Both the position numbers and the translations under genes were made by a program. From contig JBKTTM010000006.1 in the NCBI GenBank assembly GCA_047247485.1, positions 197,246-261,245 of the forward strand: a DNA stretch of 64,000 nucleotides, written 5' to 3'. The notes under the pieces were generated by a model. It searched no databases and was not told the DNA's origin. It worked only from the letters and a program-made list of their open reading frames with translations. Shown one piece after another: positions 19,474-29,852 of the stretch. The stretch is from Collinsella sp. GTDB taxonomy: Bacteria; Actinomycetota; Coriobacteriia; Coriobacteriales; Coriobacteriaceae. The first letter of the stretch is position 1. Every line of letters begins with the position of its first letter.

Positions 19474-20157
19474 ATGAAGCTGATGCTTGCCGAGGACGAA
19501 CCCGGCCTCTCCCGCGCCCTTACCGCGATTCTTCAACATAGCGACTACGAGGTCGACACTGCCCTCGACGGTCTGACGGCGCTCGAATATCTGCTCGCCA
19601 ACGACTATGACGCCGCAATCCTGGACATCATGATGCCCGGCATGGATGGCATCGAGGTGCTCAAGCGCACACGCACCGCCGGTAAGCGACTGCCCATCAT
19701 CATGCTCACGGCAAAAAGCGAGGTGTCCGATAAGGTCGAGGGCCTGGATGCCGGCGCCAACGACTATCTGACTAAGCCGTTTGCCGCCAAGGAGCTGCTC
19801 GCGCGCATCCGTGCCATGACACGTGCCGCGACGGCAATTGACGCCACGACGCTCAGCGTGGGCAACGTGCGCCTCGACACGGCGGCTTGCACGCTTGTGG
19901 GTCCCTTGGGTGAGGAACACCTAGCCAATCGTGAGTTTCAGCTTATGGAACTCTTTATGCACAACGCCGGGACGCGCATGCCCACCGAGCGTCTGATGCT
20001 CGAGGTTTGGGGCGAGGACGCGCCCGAAGGTGCCAACGTGGTGTGGGTCTACATCTCATACCTGCGTAAAAAGCTGACGGCGCTCGGTGCCGACGTGGCC
20101 ATTCGCGCATCGCGCAACCAGGGCTATTCGCTCGAGGTTGTCAAGGAAGGCGAATAA
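19474..20157 (+). CDS. OmpR-family response regulator
   Basis: AEDE, LDIMMP and KPF receiver motifs; winged-helix VYISYLRKKL...GY. Confidence 0.93.
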   Translation: MKLMLAEDEPGLSRALTAILQHSDYEVDTALDGLTALEYLLANDYDAAILDIMMPGMDGIEVLKRTRTAGKRLPIIMLTAKSEVSDKVEGLDAGANDYLTKPFAAKELLARIRAMTRAATAIDATTLSVGNVRLDTAACTLVGPLGEEHLANREFQLMELFMHNAGTRMPTERLMLEVWGEDAPEGANVVWVYISYLRKKLTALGADVAIRASRNQGYSLEVVKEGE

Positions 20158-20159
20158 GC

Positions 20160-21527
20160 GTGAGCGCGAGCGCGTGGTGGAAGCGCGCGACGGCAAAGCT
20201 CGGCATGGGCGCGGACTCGGGCAATCCGGGGCGCGCCGATGCTGCCAGTGCAATGGGCCGCCGCCTGCGTCGCAAGTTCATCTTGGTTGCCATGGGTGCC
20301 GTGACCGTGGTGCTCGCGCTTATCATCGCCGGCATCAACATCGTCAATTATTCGCATGTCTGTAAAATGGCCGACGCTCGCCTGGACTATATCCTGGCGG
20401 GCAAGGACGGTATCGATTGGGGGGACGAGCCTAAAGCCGATCCCGCTAATGGCAAGGATGCCGGCGATAGTCAGGCGGGCGTTCGCATCAGGCACTTCGA
20501 AGGCATGACGGCGGAGTCTCCCTTCGACACGCGCTACTTTACGGTGTCGATTGCCGGCGGGCAGGTGACCGATGTCAACACGGCCCGCATTGCCGCGGTG
20601 GGTGCCAAGCGTGCCGCCTGCATCGCTGCAGGACTATATTCCAAGGGCTGGACCTCGGGCTTTTCTGGTAACTACCGCTATACGGTTACGGTTCAGGGCG
20701 ACGAGACAACCTATGTGTTCGTGGACTGCTCGCGCGAGCTTGCAAGCTTTCATTCGTTTTTGAGCGCGAGCGTGGCAATCAGTTGCATTGGCTGGCTGGC
20801 GGTGCTGGCAATTGTGGCGGGTGCTTCGGGTGCGGTGATTCGACCGATGGTCGAGAGCTACAGCAAGCAAAAGCGCTTTATTACCGACGCGAGCCACGAG
20901 ATCAAGACGCCGCTGGCTGTGATTGACGCCGCCAACGAGGTACAAGAGATCGAGAGCGGCGAGAGCGAGTGGACGCAGAGCATTCACGAGCAGGTCGCGC
21001 GGCTGACGGCGCTGACGGAGCGTCTGGTGTTTCTGGCGCGTATGGACGAGGGCTCGGCGGGCTTTACCATGACATCGATCGATCTTTCGGAGGCCGTGGA
21101 CAAGGCTGCGGCGCCGTTTAAGTCGGTGGCGGTTTCGCGTGGCAAGCGCCTGTCGACGTCGATTGCGAGTGGCGTGCGGGCCCATGCCGATGCCACGGCA
21201 GTGGCGCAGGCTGTTGAGCTGCTGCTGGACAACGCCACACGCTACGCAAGCGAGGGCAGCGTGATCGAGCTGAGCCTGCGCGCCGTTTCGCGCGGTGCAG
21301 GCAAAGGCTCGGCCGAGCTTGTCGTATCGAATGCTGTTGATGAGCTGCCCGAGGGCGACCTGGACCGGCTGTTCGACCGCTTCTACCGTGCAGACGTCTC
21401 GCGTAGCTCCAAGACGGGCGGCTCGGGCGTGGGTCTATCCGTCGTGCGCGCCATCGCCGAGGCCCATGGCGGCTCCGCTACCGTGTCCGGCCACGACCAT
21501 CAGATCGCCTTCACCGTCCGCCTCTAA
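20160..21527 (+). CDS. Sensor histidine kinase
   Basis: Two TM segments, DASHEIKTPL H-box, LLDNA N-box, FDRFYR and GSGVGL. Confidence 0.93.
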   Translation: MSASAWWKRATAKLGMGADSGNPGRADAASAMGRRLRRKFILVAMGAVTVVLALIIAGINIVNYSHVCKMADARLDYILAGKDGIDWGDEPKADPANGKDAGDSQAGVRIRHFEGMTAESPFDTRYFTVSIAGGQVTDVNTARIAAVGAKRAACIAAGLYSKGWTSGFSGNYRYTVTVQGDETTYVFVDCSRELASFHSFLSASVAISCIGWLAVLAIVAGASGAVIRPMVESYSKQKRFITDASHEIKTPLAVIDAANEVQEIESGESEWTQSIHEQVARLTALTERLVFLARMDEGSAGFTMTSIDLSEAVDKAAAPFKSVAVSRGKRLSTSIASGVRAHADATAVAQAVELLLDNATRYASEGSVIELSLRAVSRGAGKGSAELVVSNAVDELPEGDLDRLFDRFYRADVSRSSKTGGSGVGLSVVRAIAEAHGGSATVSGHDHQIAFTVRL

Positions 21528-21573
21528 AACCTACCAAAAAGGGACAGGTTTATTTTGGCAGGTTTTATCTGGG
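21526..21573 (+). repeat. REP-like palindrome, family A (GGGACAGG loop)
   Basis: AAAACCTACCAAAAA-GGGACAGGTTTA-TTTTGGCAGGTTTT-ATCTGGG; at least 6 close copies in the window. Confidence 0.85.
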
Positions 21574-21604
21574 GAAGGTCGACGTGGAAGGCTGTGGACT
21601 GAGG

Positions 21605-21707
21605 GTGCGTCCCGGCGTGACGCTGCGGAGTGGGACGCACTTTCCTCTTGGGGTGCCGAGCGGAAAGTGCGTCCCGGTTTGAGGCCTCAGAACGGGACGC
21701 ACTTTCC
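21605..21707. repeat. Tandem double-hairpin repeat
   Basis: (GGAAA)GTGCGTCCC...GGGACGCACTTTCC unit present twice, about 62 bp apart. Confidence 0.7.
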
Positions 21708-21814
21708 CCTAGGGGATATAAGATGCGACGGGCCGCGTCAGGATAATTACCGGACGGCCTAGGTGGCGGCTGGTTGACTGGCTTAAAACCTAGCGCGTGA
21801 AATGACGCTCCATG

Positions 21815-22453
21815 CTATTCGGCGCGCTTGATAGGATGACGAACCACAGTCTTAAGTTTCTCCGGTGCACATTTGAGAGGATCGGAGAGATAGATTTCGT
21901 GATGGAAACGGGTGTCTGAGAAGTCGGGGACATAGCCCTGCTCGGTCGTGTATTCATTCATAGCGTTTACGGTCGCCGGTTCGTTGTCGTAGGGCCCGGT
22001 GTGCATGCATTGAACGCAGAGACCCTCGTCAACTTTAAGCAGCTCGACGGCAGAAAAGTCCAGTTTCTTTTTGGTCGTGGCTTCCGCGACTGCCCAGTCA
22101 AAGTCATCTAGGGTGACGAAATCGGGCAGGCGGATGCACGAGATAAAGTTGAAATCGTCCTTGCGTACATAATCGATGTCGCCGCTCGGGGAGTCTTGCC
22201 ACCAGAATCCCTCGAGCGGCGGTACTACAAAGTCGAAATAGCCCTCGATACTCCTTGAGCCTTTCTTCGACATCTTGACGGTATAGGCGATGCCATAAAG
22301 CAGTGGCAGGGCGTTTTGATACTCGCCACCTTCGGTATTTGGGTCGCCCTTTCCGCGAACGGCAACGTAGCTCATAGGCGGGACAGTTACGATACTCGGC
22401 TTGCTTGCAGGTTTGTAGAGCTCCTTGCATTCCTTCTTAAAGTCGAACGCCAT
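21815..22453 (-). CDS. GyrI-like small-molecule-binding domain protein
   Basis: FVVPPLEGFWW, CVQCMHTGPYD and HHEIYLSDP motifs. Confidence 0.85.
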   Translation of the reverse strand: MAFDFKKECKELYKPASKPSIVTVPPMSYVAVRGKGDPNTEGGEYQNALPLLYGIAYTVKMSKKGSRSIEGYFDFVVPPLEGFWWQDSPSGDIDYVRKDDFNFISCIRLPDFVTLDDFDWAVAEATTKKKLDFSAVELLKVDEGLCVQCMHTGPYDNEPATVNAMNEYTTEQGYVPDFSDTRFHHEIYLSDPLKCAPEKLKTVVRHPIKRAE

Positions 22454-22630
22454 GTTGGCCGCCTTTCTGCGTATTGGCCTGCTTAGATAGCGGAATCATA
22501 TCATAGAAACGAACAGTTGTTCGAATGATTTTGCTGACAGATAGAGACGCGTGCGTTGTGTTTGACGGTCGGCCTGACCCCGTTGATGTTTTCTCTGCCT
22601 CCCCGGCGCCTCATCTATGGCTGTCGTTTC

Positions 22631-22674
22631 CCCATATAAAACCTGCCAAAATGAACCTGTCCCTTTTTGGTCGG
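22631..22674 (-). repeat. REP-like palindrome, family A (reverse orientation)
   Basis: TAAAACCTGCCAAAATGAACCTGTCCCTTTTTGG is the reverse complement of the family A consensus. Confidence 0.8.
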
Positions 22675-22724
22675 CGTGAAATGGGTAATACTAAAGAGTT
22701 ATCCGACCAGATGGGAACCGATCG

Positions 22725-23419
<695 letters not shown>

Positions 23420-23426
<7 letters not shown>

Positions 23427-26197
23427 CGCCCATGGACCAGGACCGCCAAAACAGCCAACGCCGCGACGCGCGGAACATGGAGCACGAGCAGGATTTTACG
23501 ACCTATCGCACCGCCCAAAGTTCAAACGATATGGTGCCGACGGTGTTTCGCCGTGGCATCTACCGCACAATCCGCGGCAGTCTTAAGCGCTTCTTATCTA
23601 TCGTGGTCATCACCGCGCTTGGCGTGAGCGTGATGTGCGGTCTTAAGGCAGGCTGCGAAGATTTGCGCGATTCGGTCGACGCCTATTTTGACCAGCAGAA
23701 TGTCTATGACATTAACGTGCAGTCGACCTATGGCCTTACGCGCGACGATCTTGCGGCTATCCAAGAGGTCGACGGCGTCGAGACAGCCGAGGGTATCTAC
23801 ACCGAGACCGCCTACACCGCCGTGGGCACAACGCGCGAACGCGTGGTCGTGCAGAGTCTTTCCAAGGAGAATATCGATCAACCGGTGCTGGTGAGCGGCG
23901 ATTTGCCCGAGAGCGCCGGTGAGGTCGCGGTGACTTCGAAGTTCCTGAAGGCTTCGGGCAAAAAGCTCGGCGATACGGTGAGTTTTGCCGCCAATGACGC
24001 GAGCTCGTCGAACCAAAGTGCCAAGGACCAGTTTGCCGCGGGCGATTACACCATTACGGCCGAGGTCCTCGATCCCACCGACGTGAGCTCCGACTCGACA
24101 GTCAACGCCTTTCGCGCTGCTTCGGCTGCGGACTATAAGTTCTATGTGAACGAGGACGCCGCGACATCTTCTTCCTATTCCGCAGTCCACGTGATCGTCG
24201 AGGGAGCCAAGAGCCTCAACTCCTATTCGGATGCCTACACGGCAAAGATCAATGAGGTCAAGGGCAATATCGAGAAGATCCGCGAGGAGCGTGAGAAGGC
24301 GCGCGCTCAGGAGCTGACGGTCGACACGCCGGCAAGCTTGGATGCGGCCGAGCGCCAGGCGAATATGCTCTTTGGGATTGAACAAGGCAACATCGATCGT
24401 ATGGCCGAGGGCAGTGAGGAGCGCGTCCAGGCTCAGGCCGAGTTGGACCAGCGCCGCGCCGCCGCCGACCAGCAGTTTGCCGATGCCCGCGCCGAGCTTT
24501 CCGACCTGGGCGAATGCACCTGGTACATCCAGGACCGCGGCAATATCGCAAGCTACTCGAGCGTCGAGAGCGATAGTTCCTCAATCGAGGCCATCGCCAC
24601 GGTGTTCCCGTTCATCTTCTTTATCGTCGCCGTGCTCATCAGCCTTACCACCGCCACGCGTATGGTTGAGGAGGAGCGCACGCTCATCGGCCTGTATAAG
24701 GCGCTCGGTTATTCGCGCGGGCGCATCCTGTCCAAATACGTGGACTATGCGCTGTGGGCTTGTCTGATCGGCGGCGTGCTCGGCAACATCATCGGCTTTG
24801 TGGGCCTGCCGCTGTTCTTGTTTACGGTGTTCGACGACATGTACTCGCTGCCTCAGATGCTGCTTTCGTACGACATCGTGTCCTCGATCGTGTCGGTTGC
24901 GCTGTTTGCCGTGGGCGTGGTGGGCGCCACGATTGTCGCCTGCCGCCACGAGATGGCCGAGACCCCAGCCTCACTCATGCGCCCCAAGGCTCCGCGCGCC
25001 GGCTCGCGTATCTTGCTCGAGCGCATCGGCTTTATCTGGCACCGCATGGGCTTTTTGAACAAGGTGGCAGCGCGTAACCTGTTCCGCTACAAAAAGCGTG
25101 CCTTTATGACCATCTTCGGTATCGCCGGCTGCACGGCGCTCGTGATCTGCGGCATGGGCATCCGCGATACGTCGGTGGCGCTTTCGCCCAAACAGTACGG
25201 GCATATCACGCGCTACGACCTGCTGGCGGTCGCCAATCCCGACGATTTTTCGCAGACGTGCGCGGCATTGGATGAGCGCAGCGCGGCCAATGATTCCAAC
25301 GTGACCGTGACTTCGACGCTGCCGATTATGACCGACAACGTTACCTTTACATTCGGCGGAAAGAGCGAGACCGTGCAGCTGATCGTGGTGCCCGATGACC
25401 GCACGGGTGACTTGGGCGATTACGTGCGCCTGGAGGATGAGTCCAAAGAACTGCTGTCTTTGCGTGACGGAGACGTGTATCTGAGCAAAAGTTCACAGCT
25501 GGTGCTGGGGATTCAGCCGGGCGATACGGCTCACGTCCAGGATTCGTCGCTCAATGTTGCCAAGGTCAAAGTCAGCGACATTTCGCTTAACTATCTGGGC
25601 AACACGCTTTACATGACGCAGGGCACCTATGAACGTGCGTTCGGTCGAAGCGCGCGTCTTAACGGCATCTTTGCACTGCTCAAGGGTTCGTCGGCCGACC
25701 AGATTGCGTTTAGCAAGAAGATTAAGAGCGATGGTTGGCTCACCATCTCGAGCACGGCCGAACATTGGCAGAACTACGAGGCGAACTTTACGATTATCAA
25801 TTCTGTCGTGGTGCTCGTGACCTTTATGGCAGCGTGCCTATCGTTTGTGGTGGTGTTTACGCTGTCCAACACGAATATCTCCGAGCGCGAGCGCGAGCTG
25901 GCGACCATTAAGGTGCTGGGCTTCCGTCGCGGCGAGGTGCACCACTACGTCAACAAGGAGACGTTGATCCTCACGGCGATTGGCGCCGCACTGGGCGTAC
26001 CGCTAGGCGGCTTGCTGGCCGAGAGTTTTACGTACATCCTGCAGATGCCGTCGCTGTACTTTGACGTTGAGGTCGAGCCGCTAAGCTACGTGCTCGCCGT
26101 AGTGCTTTCCTTCGGCTTTACGTTTATCGTCAACCTCGCCACCAACCGAACGCTCAACAAGATCGACATGGTCGGCGCCCTCAAGAGCGCCGAGTAA
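23420..26197 (+). CDS. ABC transporter permease (duplicated FtsX-like domains)
   Basis: TRMVEEERTLIGLYKALGY and ERERELATIKVLGF FtsX motifs, two TM clusters; true start may be later (e.g. 23531). Confidence 0.88.
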
Positions 26198-26241
26198 CCT
26201 GCCAAAAAGGGACAGGTTTATTTTGGCAGGTTTTATCTGGG
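26196..26241 (+). repeat. REP-like palindrome, family A
   Basis: AACCTGCCAAAAAGGGACAGGTTTATTTTGGCAGGTTTTATCTGGG overlapping the permease stop codon. Confidence 0.85.
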
Positions 26242-26313
26242 CAAACGCCGGACAACCATTAGGTGGTCCGGCGTTTGCCCCGTTTTGCTGGGGATATTTG
26301 TCGCTCAGTGCCC

Positions 26314-26634
26314 TTACTGGCCAATCCAGTGCTGCGCATAGCTCTTAATGTCCTCGGTAAAACCGTCAAGGTCGTCAAGGGTAATCACGCTGTCGATAAG
26401 CAAATTGGCTATCTCGCGGTGCATTGTGCTGCGGCGAATGTCGTTTGCAATTACGCCTGAGGACAGCTTGTTTCTATTGAGGCTCTCTTCTAGTGCCCAA
26501 AATCTACTGGACGCTTCGCTGTCGCCATTCAGTATCTCAACGTACTGGCCGATGAGCTTTTCCATATAACGTTCTTGCCATTGAGGAAGCATTTTCTTAA
26601 ACAGCTTCCAGTCGCTTTCGGCTACGTCGCGCAT
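26314..26634 (-). CDS. Small hypothetical protein
   Basis: 106-aa ORF MRDVAESDWKLFKKMLPQWQERY...; GGAGGA RBS; lower GC. Confidence 0.6.
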   Translation of the reverse strand: MRDVAESDWKLFKKMLPQWQERYMEKLIGQYVEILNGDSEASSRFWALEESLNRNKLSSGVIANDIRRSTMHREIANLLIDSVITLDDLDGFTEDIKSYAQHWIGQ

Positions 26635-26752
26635 ATGTCCTCCGCTCGTCAAACGGGCTTTTCATTTGCCTTCCATTCTATTTGGTTTTCGCTCGCAAGC
26701 GTGGATGAGAGGCTCTCTTTAGCCTTCGAGATAGGGCTTGAATGGGTCGTAT

Positions 26753-26802
26753 GCCACAAAATGGGCCTATCTACTATGTTTAATTGGATACCCTCAACCA
26801 TG
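26753..26802. repeat. Left arm of the host palindromic element interrupted by IS110
   Basis: 26753-26783 matches the reverse complement of 28441-28471 at 27/31 positions; CAACCATG pairs with CATGGTTG (28422-28429). Confidence 0.8.
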
Positions 26803-26842
26803 CCGGGAAAACAAAAAACAAAACCGACGCTCCTATAAGTTG

Positions 26843-28081
26843 TCAAGAGGCAGTTTGCGGGAGCGCTCTCTCCAATTCGCACAGGAGCTCGTAATACCTC
26901 CTCTCCAGTTTCGTCGACCGCCGTTTCCCCCGTTCCAAGTGCCCGAGTGTGGCTGCGGACAGGCCGAGCTCCGCGGCGGCTTTCTTCTGAGTCACCCGCA
27001 TCGCCTTGCGCATCTTCGCGAGCTCGGGGCCTTCCGGCGCGGCGCCGTCGGGGTTCGGGTCCATGAGCACGTGGTACACCTCCCGCGCTATGTAGCGCTT
27101 CAGGCAGCGGACCGCCTCCCGCCGGGACTTCCCCTCGGAGGTCCGCCTCGCCACGTACCTCCTCGTCCTCTCGTCGTACGCCATGCGCTTGATCGCGATC
27201 TCGTAGAGCGCCCAGTTCGCCTGCCGGTTGCCGCCGCGGTTGAGCCTGTGCCGGTCCGTCTTCCCGCTCGACGCGGGGATCGGGGAGGCGCCGCACATCA
27301 TCGAGAACGCCGCCTCGCCCTTCAGCCTGCCGGGGTTGTCGCCGGCGGCCACGACCAGGGCGGCGGCGGTCGTGGTGCCGCAGCCCTCGACGCCGAGCAG
27401 CGCGGGCGCGTTCGCCTCCAGCAGCGCGCGGATGCGCTCGTCGAGGGACTCGACCTGGCTGCGGGCCTCCTTCCAGACCGCCGCGACGGACCGCAGCGAG
27501 GCCAGCACGCTCTCCTCGAGCGCGTCGCCCGCCTTCCTCCCGCGCGCGAGCAGCGGCATGAGGTCCTTCGGCCGCTCGCGGCCCCTGAACCGCTCCCTCA
27601 GGGCGCTCGGGGCCGTCGTGAGCATCGACTTCGCGCAGGCCACGCAGGACGTGGACGTCGCGACGGCCAGCCTGCGCGCGACGTAGAGCTGGCGCACCGC
27701 CTCGACCCAGCCGTCCTGCGACTTCGGCACGGAGCAGCCCTTCCCGGACGCCGCCTTGCGCGCCGCGCGCTCGGCGTCCAGCGGGTCGCTCTTCCCCTCG
27801 CCGGGCCTCACCTTGTCCCTCTTGGGCCTGAGCACCTCGACGACGTTGTACCCGAGCTCCACGAGCCTCCTCGTCAGCCCGGCCCCGTACGATGCCGTGC
27901 CCTCGACGCCGACGACCATGCAGCTCCCCGGGTCGCCTATCGCCTCCGCCAGCCTGTCGTAGCCCTCGGGGTCGGCCCCGAAGCTCCCGCTCCAGATCTT
28001 CCTCCCGAGGCCGTCGAGCAGGCACAGAACATGCACGTCCTTGTGCGTGTCGACGCCCGCGATGACCGTTTCGCCTTCCAT
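26843..28081 (-). CDS. IS110-family recombinase/transposase with C-terminal XRE-type HTH
   Basis: GVDTHK (D), VGVEGTASYG (E), KSDPLDA (DD), PIPASSG catalytic Ser, RLNRGGNRQAN; tail ELAKMRKAMRVTQKKAAAELGLSAATLGHLERG; GGGGAG RBS. Confidence 0.93.
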   Translation of the reverse strand: MEGETVIAGVDTHKDVHVLCLLDGLGRKIWSGSFGADPEGYDRLAEAIGDPGSCMVVGVEGTASYGAGLTRRLVELGYNVVEVLRPKRDKVRPGEGKSDPLDAERAARKAASGKGCSVPKSQDGWVEAVRQLYVARRLAVATSTSCVACAKSMLTTAPSALRERFRGRERPKDLMPLLARGRKAGDALEESVLASLRSVAAVWKEARSQVESLDERIRALLEANAPALLGVEGCGTTTAAALVVAAGDNPGRLKGEAAFSMMCGASPIPASSGKTDRHRLNRGGNRQANWALYEIAIKRMAYDERTRRYVARRTSEGKSRREAVRCLKRYIAREVYHVLMDPNPDGAAPEGPELAKMRKAMRVTQKKAAAELGLSAATLGHLERGKRRSTKLERRYYELLCELERALPQTAS

Positions 28082-28099
28082 TTTCGCTCCCCTCGGTCT

Positions 28100-28370
28100 G
28101 CCGCCTGCTCCGCGCCCGGGTCTCCCAGACATTGCACTGACGGGAGCGCTACAATCCAATTGGCTTGTCCGATTGTCCGCGCTCATGCTCCTATTAGGTC
28201 ATGGCAGGACTCCGGGACGCGGATGCCGGGGCGAGACAGGTCGGATTTGAGGACGGCCGAAGAGGCGTCAGCAGGTCAGTGGGTCATCGTCCCGGCATTC
28301 AGCATCAGGGTAGCGCTGCGACGCGGAAATCGCGCGCCGTTGCCGCGCCCCGCAGTGCCCGCTTCCCCCG
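28100..28370 (-). ncRNA. Predicted IS110 bridge RNA (5' stem, target-binding loop about 28223-28298, donor-binding loop about 28125-28204)
   Basis: Two stem-internal loop-stem domains whose loop segments match the IS ends and the flanking target; RNA ends not determined. Confidence 0.78.
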
Positions 28371-28421
28371 AGAACAATTATCAGTGCAGGTAGAAGGCCT
28401 GTCGATTTTCGAAAAGGCGGT

Positions 28422-28471
28422 CATGGTTGGCCCCATCGAGTTAAACGTAGTAGATGGCCCCATTTCGTGGC
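28422..28471. repeat. Right arm of the host palindromic element interrupted by IS110
   Basis: Inverted complement of 26753-26802. Confidence 0.8.
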
Positions 28472-28523
28472 GGACCATCAAACGAACGCCGATGCTTGTG
28501 CTGTAGCCGCTCCGATCATACGT

Positions 28524-28592
28524 AAGTTGCGGTGGAATAGTTCCTAGATTCAGCCATTTGCGGGCTAAGCAGGAACTATTTCACCGCAACTG
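28524..28592. repeat. 69-bp palindromic repeat, family B, copy 2
   Basis: AAGTTGCGGTGGAATAGTTCC...GGAACTATTTCACCGCAACTG. Confidence 0.85.
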
Positions 28593-28652
28593 AATTTCAG
28601 GCCAGGCACCCGCAGCAAGAAGACGAATAACCTCGGCGAGTATGTAAACGCA

Positions 28653-28749
28653 GGGCCCTCCGACCCCGCCCGACGATTTCGATTGGCGACCTTTGACGGA
28701 GTCAAGGGAGGAGCCAAATCGAAATACGTCGGGCGGGGTCGGAGGGCCC
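28653..28749. repeat. Long rod-like inverted repeat downstream of pfkA
   Basis: GGGCCCTCCGACCCCGCCCGACG...CGTCGGGCGGGGTCGGAGGGCCC with further inner pairing. Confidence 0.8.
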
Positions 28750-28772
28750 GATGGGATGAATTTCGGCTGAGG

Positions 28773-29852
28773 CTATTCGTCGCCGAAGCTGATGCCCAAC
28801 GCCTTGGCCTCGCGCACCAGATCGCTCTGGGGGTCGACAAACTTGAGCTTGCCGGCGACCTCCTCGAGCGGCATGTGGCACATCTTGCCGTCGCGCAGGG
28901 CGATCATGTAGCCAAACTCGCCGCGCAGGCAGCCAAGCGCGGCTTCGACGCCGCACTGGGTCGCAAAGATGCGGTCCTGAGCATCGGGTTGGCCGCCGCG
29001 CTGCGTGTGGCCGGGGATGGCGACGCGGGTCTCGCGACCGGTCTTGGCCTCGATCTCCTTGGCGATGTCGTACACGATTGACGGGCTCGTGCGCTCGGCG
29101 AGCTTCTTCTTGTACTCCTTCTTGGACAGCGCCGCGTCCTCCTTGGAGATAGCGCCCTCGGCGACGGCCACGATGGTAAAGCGGCTGCCGGTCTCCATGC
29201 GATGCTCGATGGTCTTGATGACGTTATCCATGTCGTAGGGGATCTCGGGAATCAAGATGACATCCGCGCCGCCCGCGACGCCGGCGTACAGCGGGATCCA
29301 GCCAACCTTGTGGCCCATGATCTCGATAACGAATACGCGCCCATGGCTCGAAGCGGTGGTGTGAATGTCGTCGATGCATTTGGTGGCGACGTCGATGGCG
29401 CTCGTAAAGCCAAACGTCATCTCGGTGCCCCAGGTGTCGTTATCGATGGTCTTGGGCAGAGCGATAACGTTGAGGCCCTCTTCGCGCAGGCGGTTGGCGG
29501 TCTTGGTGGAGCCGTTGCCGCCCAGCATAAACAGGCAGTCGAGCTGCAGCTTGTGATAGGTGTGGACCATCGCCGGCACCTTCTCGACGCCGTCGGCCTC
29601 GGGAGTGTCCAGACGCTTGAACGGCGTGCGGCTCGTGCCAAGGATGGTGCCGCCGCGGGTGAGGATGCCGCTAAAATCGGCGGGCGTCATGACGCGGAAC
29701 CTGCTGTAGATAAGGCCTTGGTAGCCGTCCTCAAAACCGTAGATCTCGATAGGTTCTTCGCTATTGGTCATGAGCGTTTTGACGATGCCGCGCATGGTGG
29801 CGTTGAGCGCTTGGCAGTCGCCGCCACTAGTAAGAAGACCAATCCTAAGCAT
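28773..29852 (-). CDS. pfkA: 6-phosphofructokinase
   Basis: LTSGGD, GGTILGTSR, PKTIDND, EIMGH and GHTQRGG motifs. Confidence 0.93.
   Translation of the reverse strand: MLRIGLLTSGGDCQALNATMRGIVKTLMTNSEEPIEIYGFEDGYQGLIYSRFRVMTPADFSGILTRGGTILGTSRTPFKRLDTPEADGVEKVPAMVHTYHKLQLDCLFMLGGNGSTKTANRLREEGLNVIALPKTIDNDTWGTEMTFGFTSAIDVATKCIDDIHTTASSHGRVFVIEIMGHKVGWIPLYAGVAGGADVILIPEIPYDMDNVIKTIEHRMETGSRFTIVAVAEGAISKEDAALSKKEYKKKLAERTSPSIVYDIAKEIEAKTGRETRVAIPGHTQRGGQPDAQDRIFATQCGVEAALGCLRGEFGYMIALRDGKMCHMPLEEVAGKLKFVDPQSDLVREAKALGISFGDE

Larger units (their letters stand above)
26829..28387 (-). mobile_element. IS110-family insertion sequence, about 1.56 kb, GC core dinucleotide at both junctions
   Basis: Abrupt GC-rich block; DEDD/Ser transposase; no long terminal IRs; junctions on the minus strand are TACCT-GC-ACTGATAAT and TATAGGA-GC-GTCGG. 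Confidence 0.88.

Noticed and set aside
26829..28387. Terminal inverted repeats or target-site duplication for the IS
   Set aside because: The flanking inverted repeats belong to the host palindrome; only the 2-bp GC core is repeated, as expected for IS110
26649..28393. Long alternative ORFs (551 aa on +, 458 aa on -) over the IS110
   Set aside because: Shadow frames of a very GC-rich transposase gene; Arg/Gly/Pro-rich with no recognisable motifs
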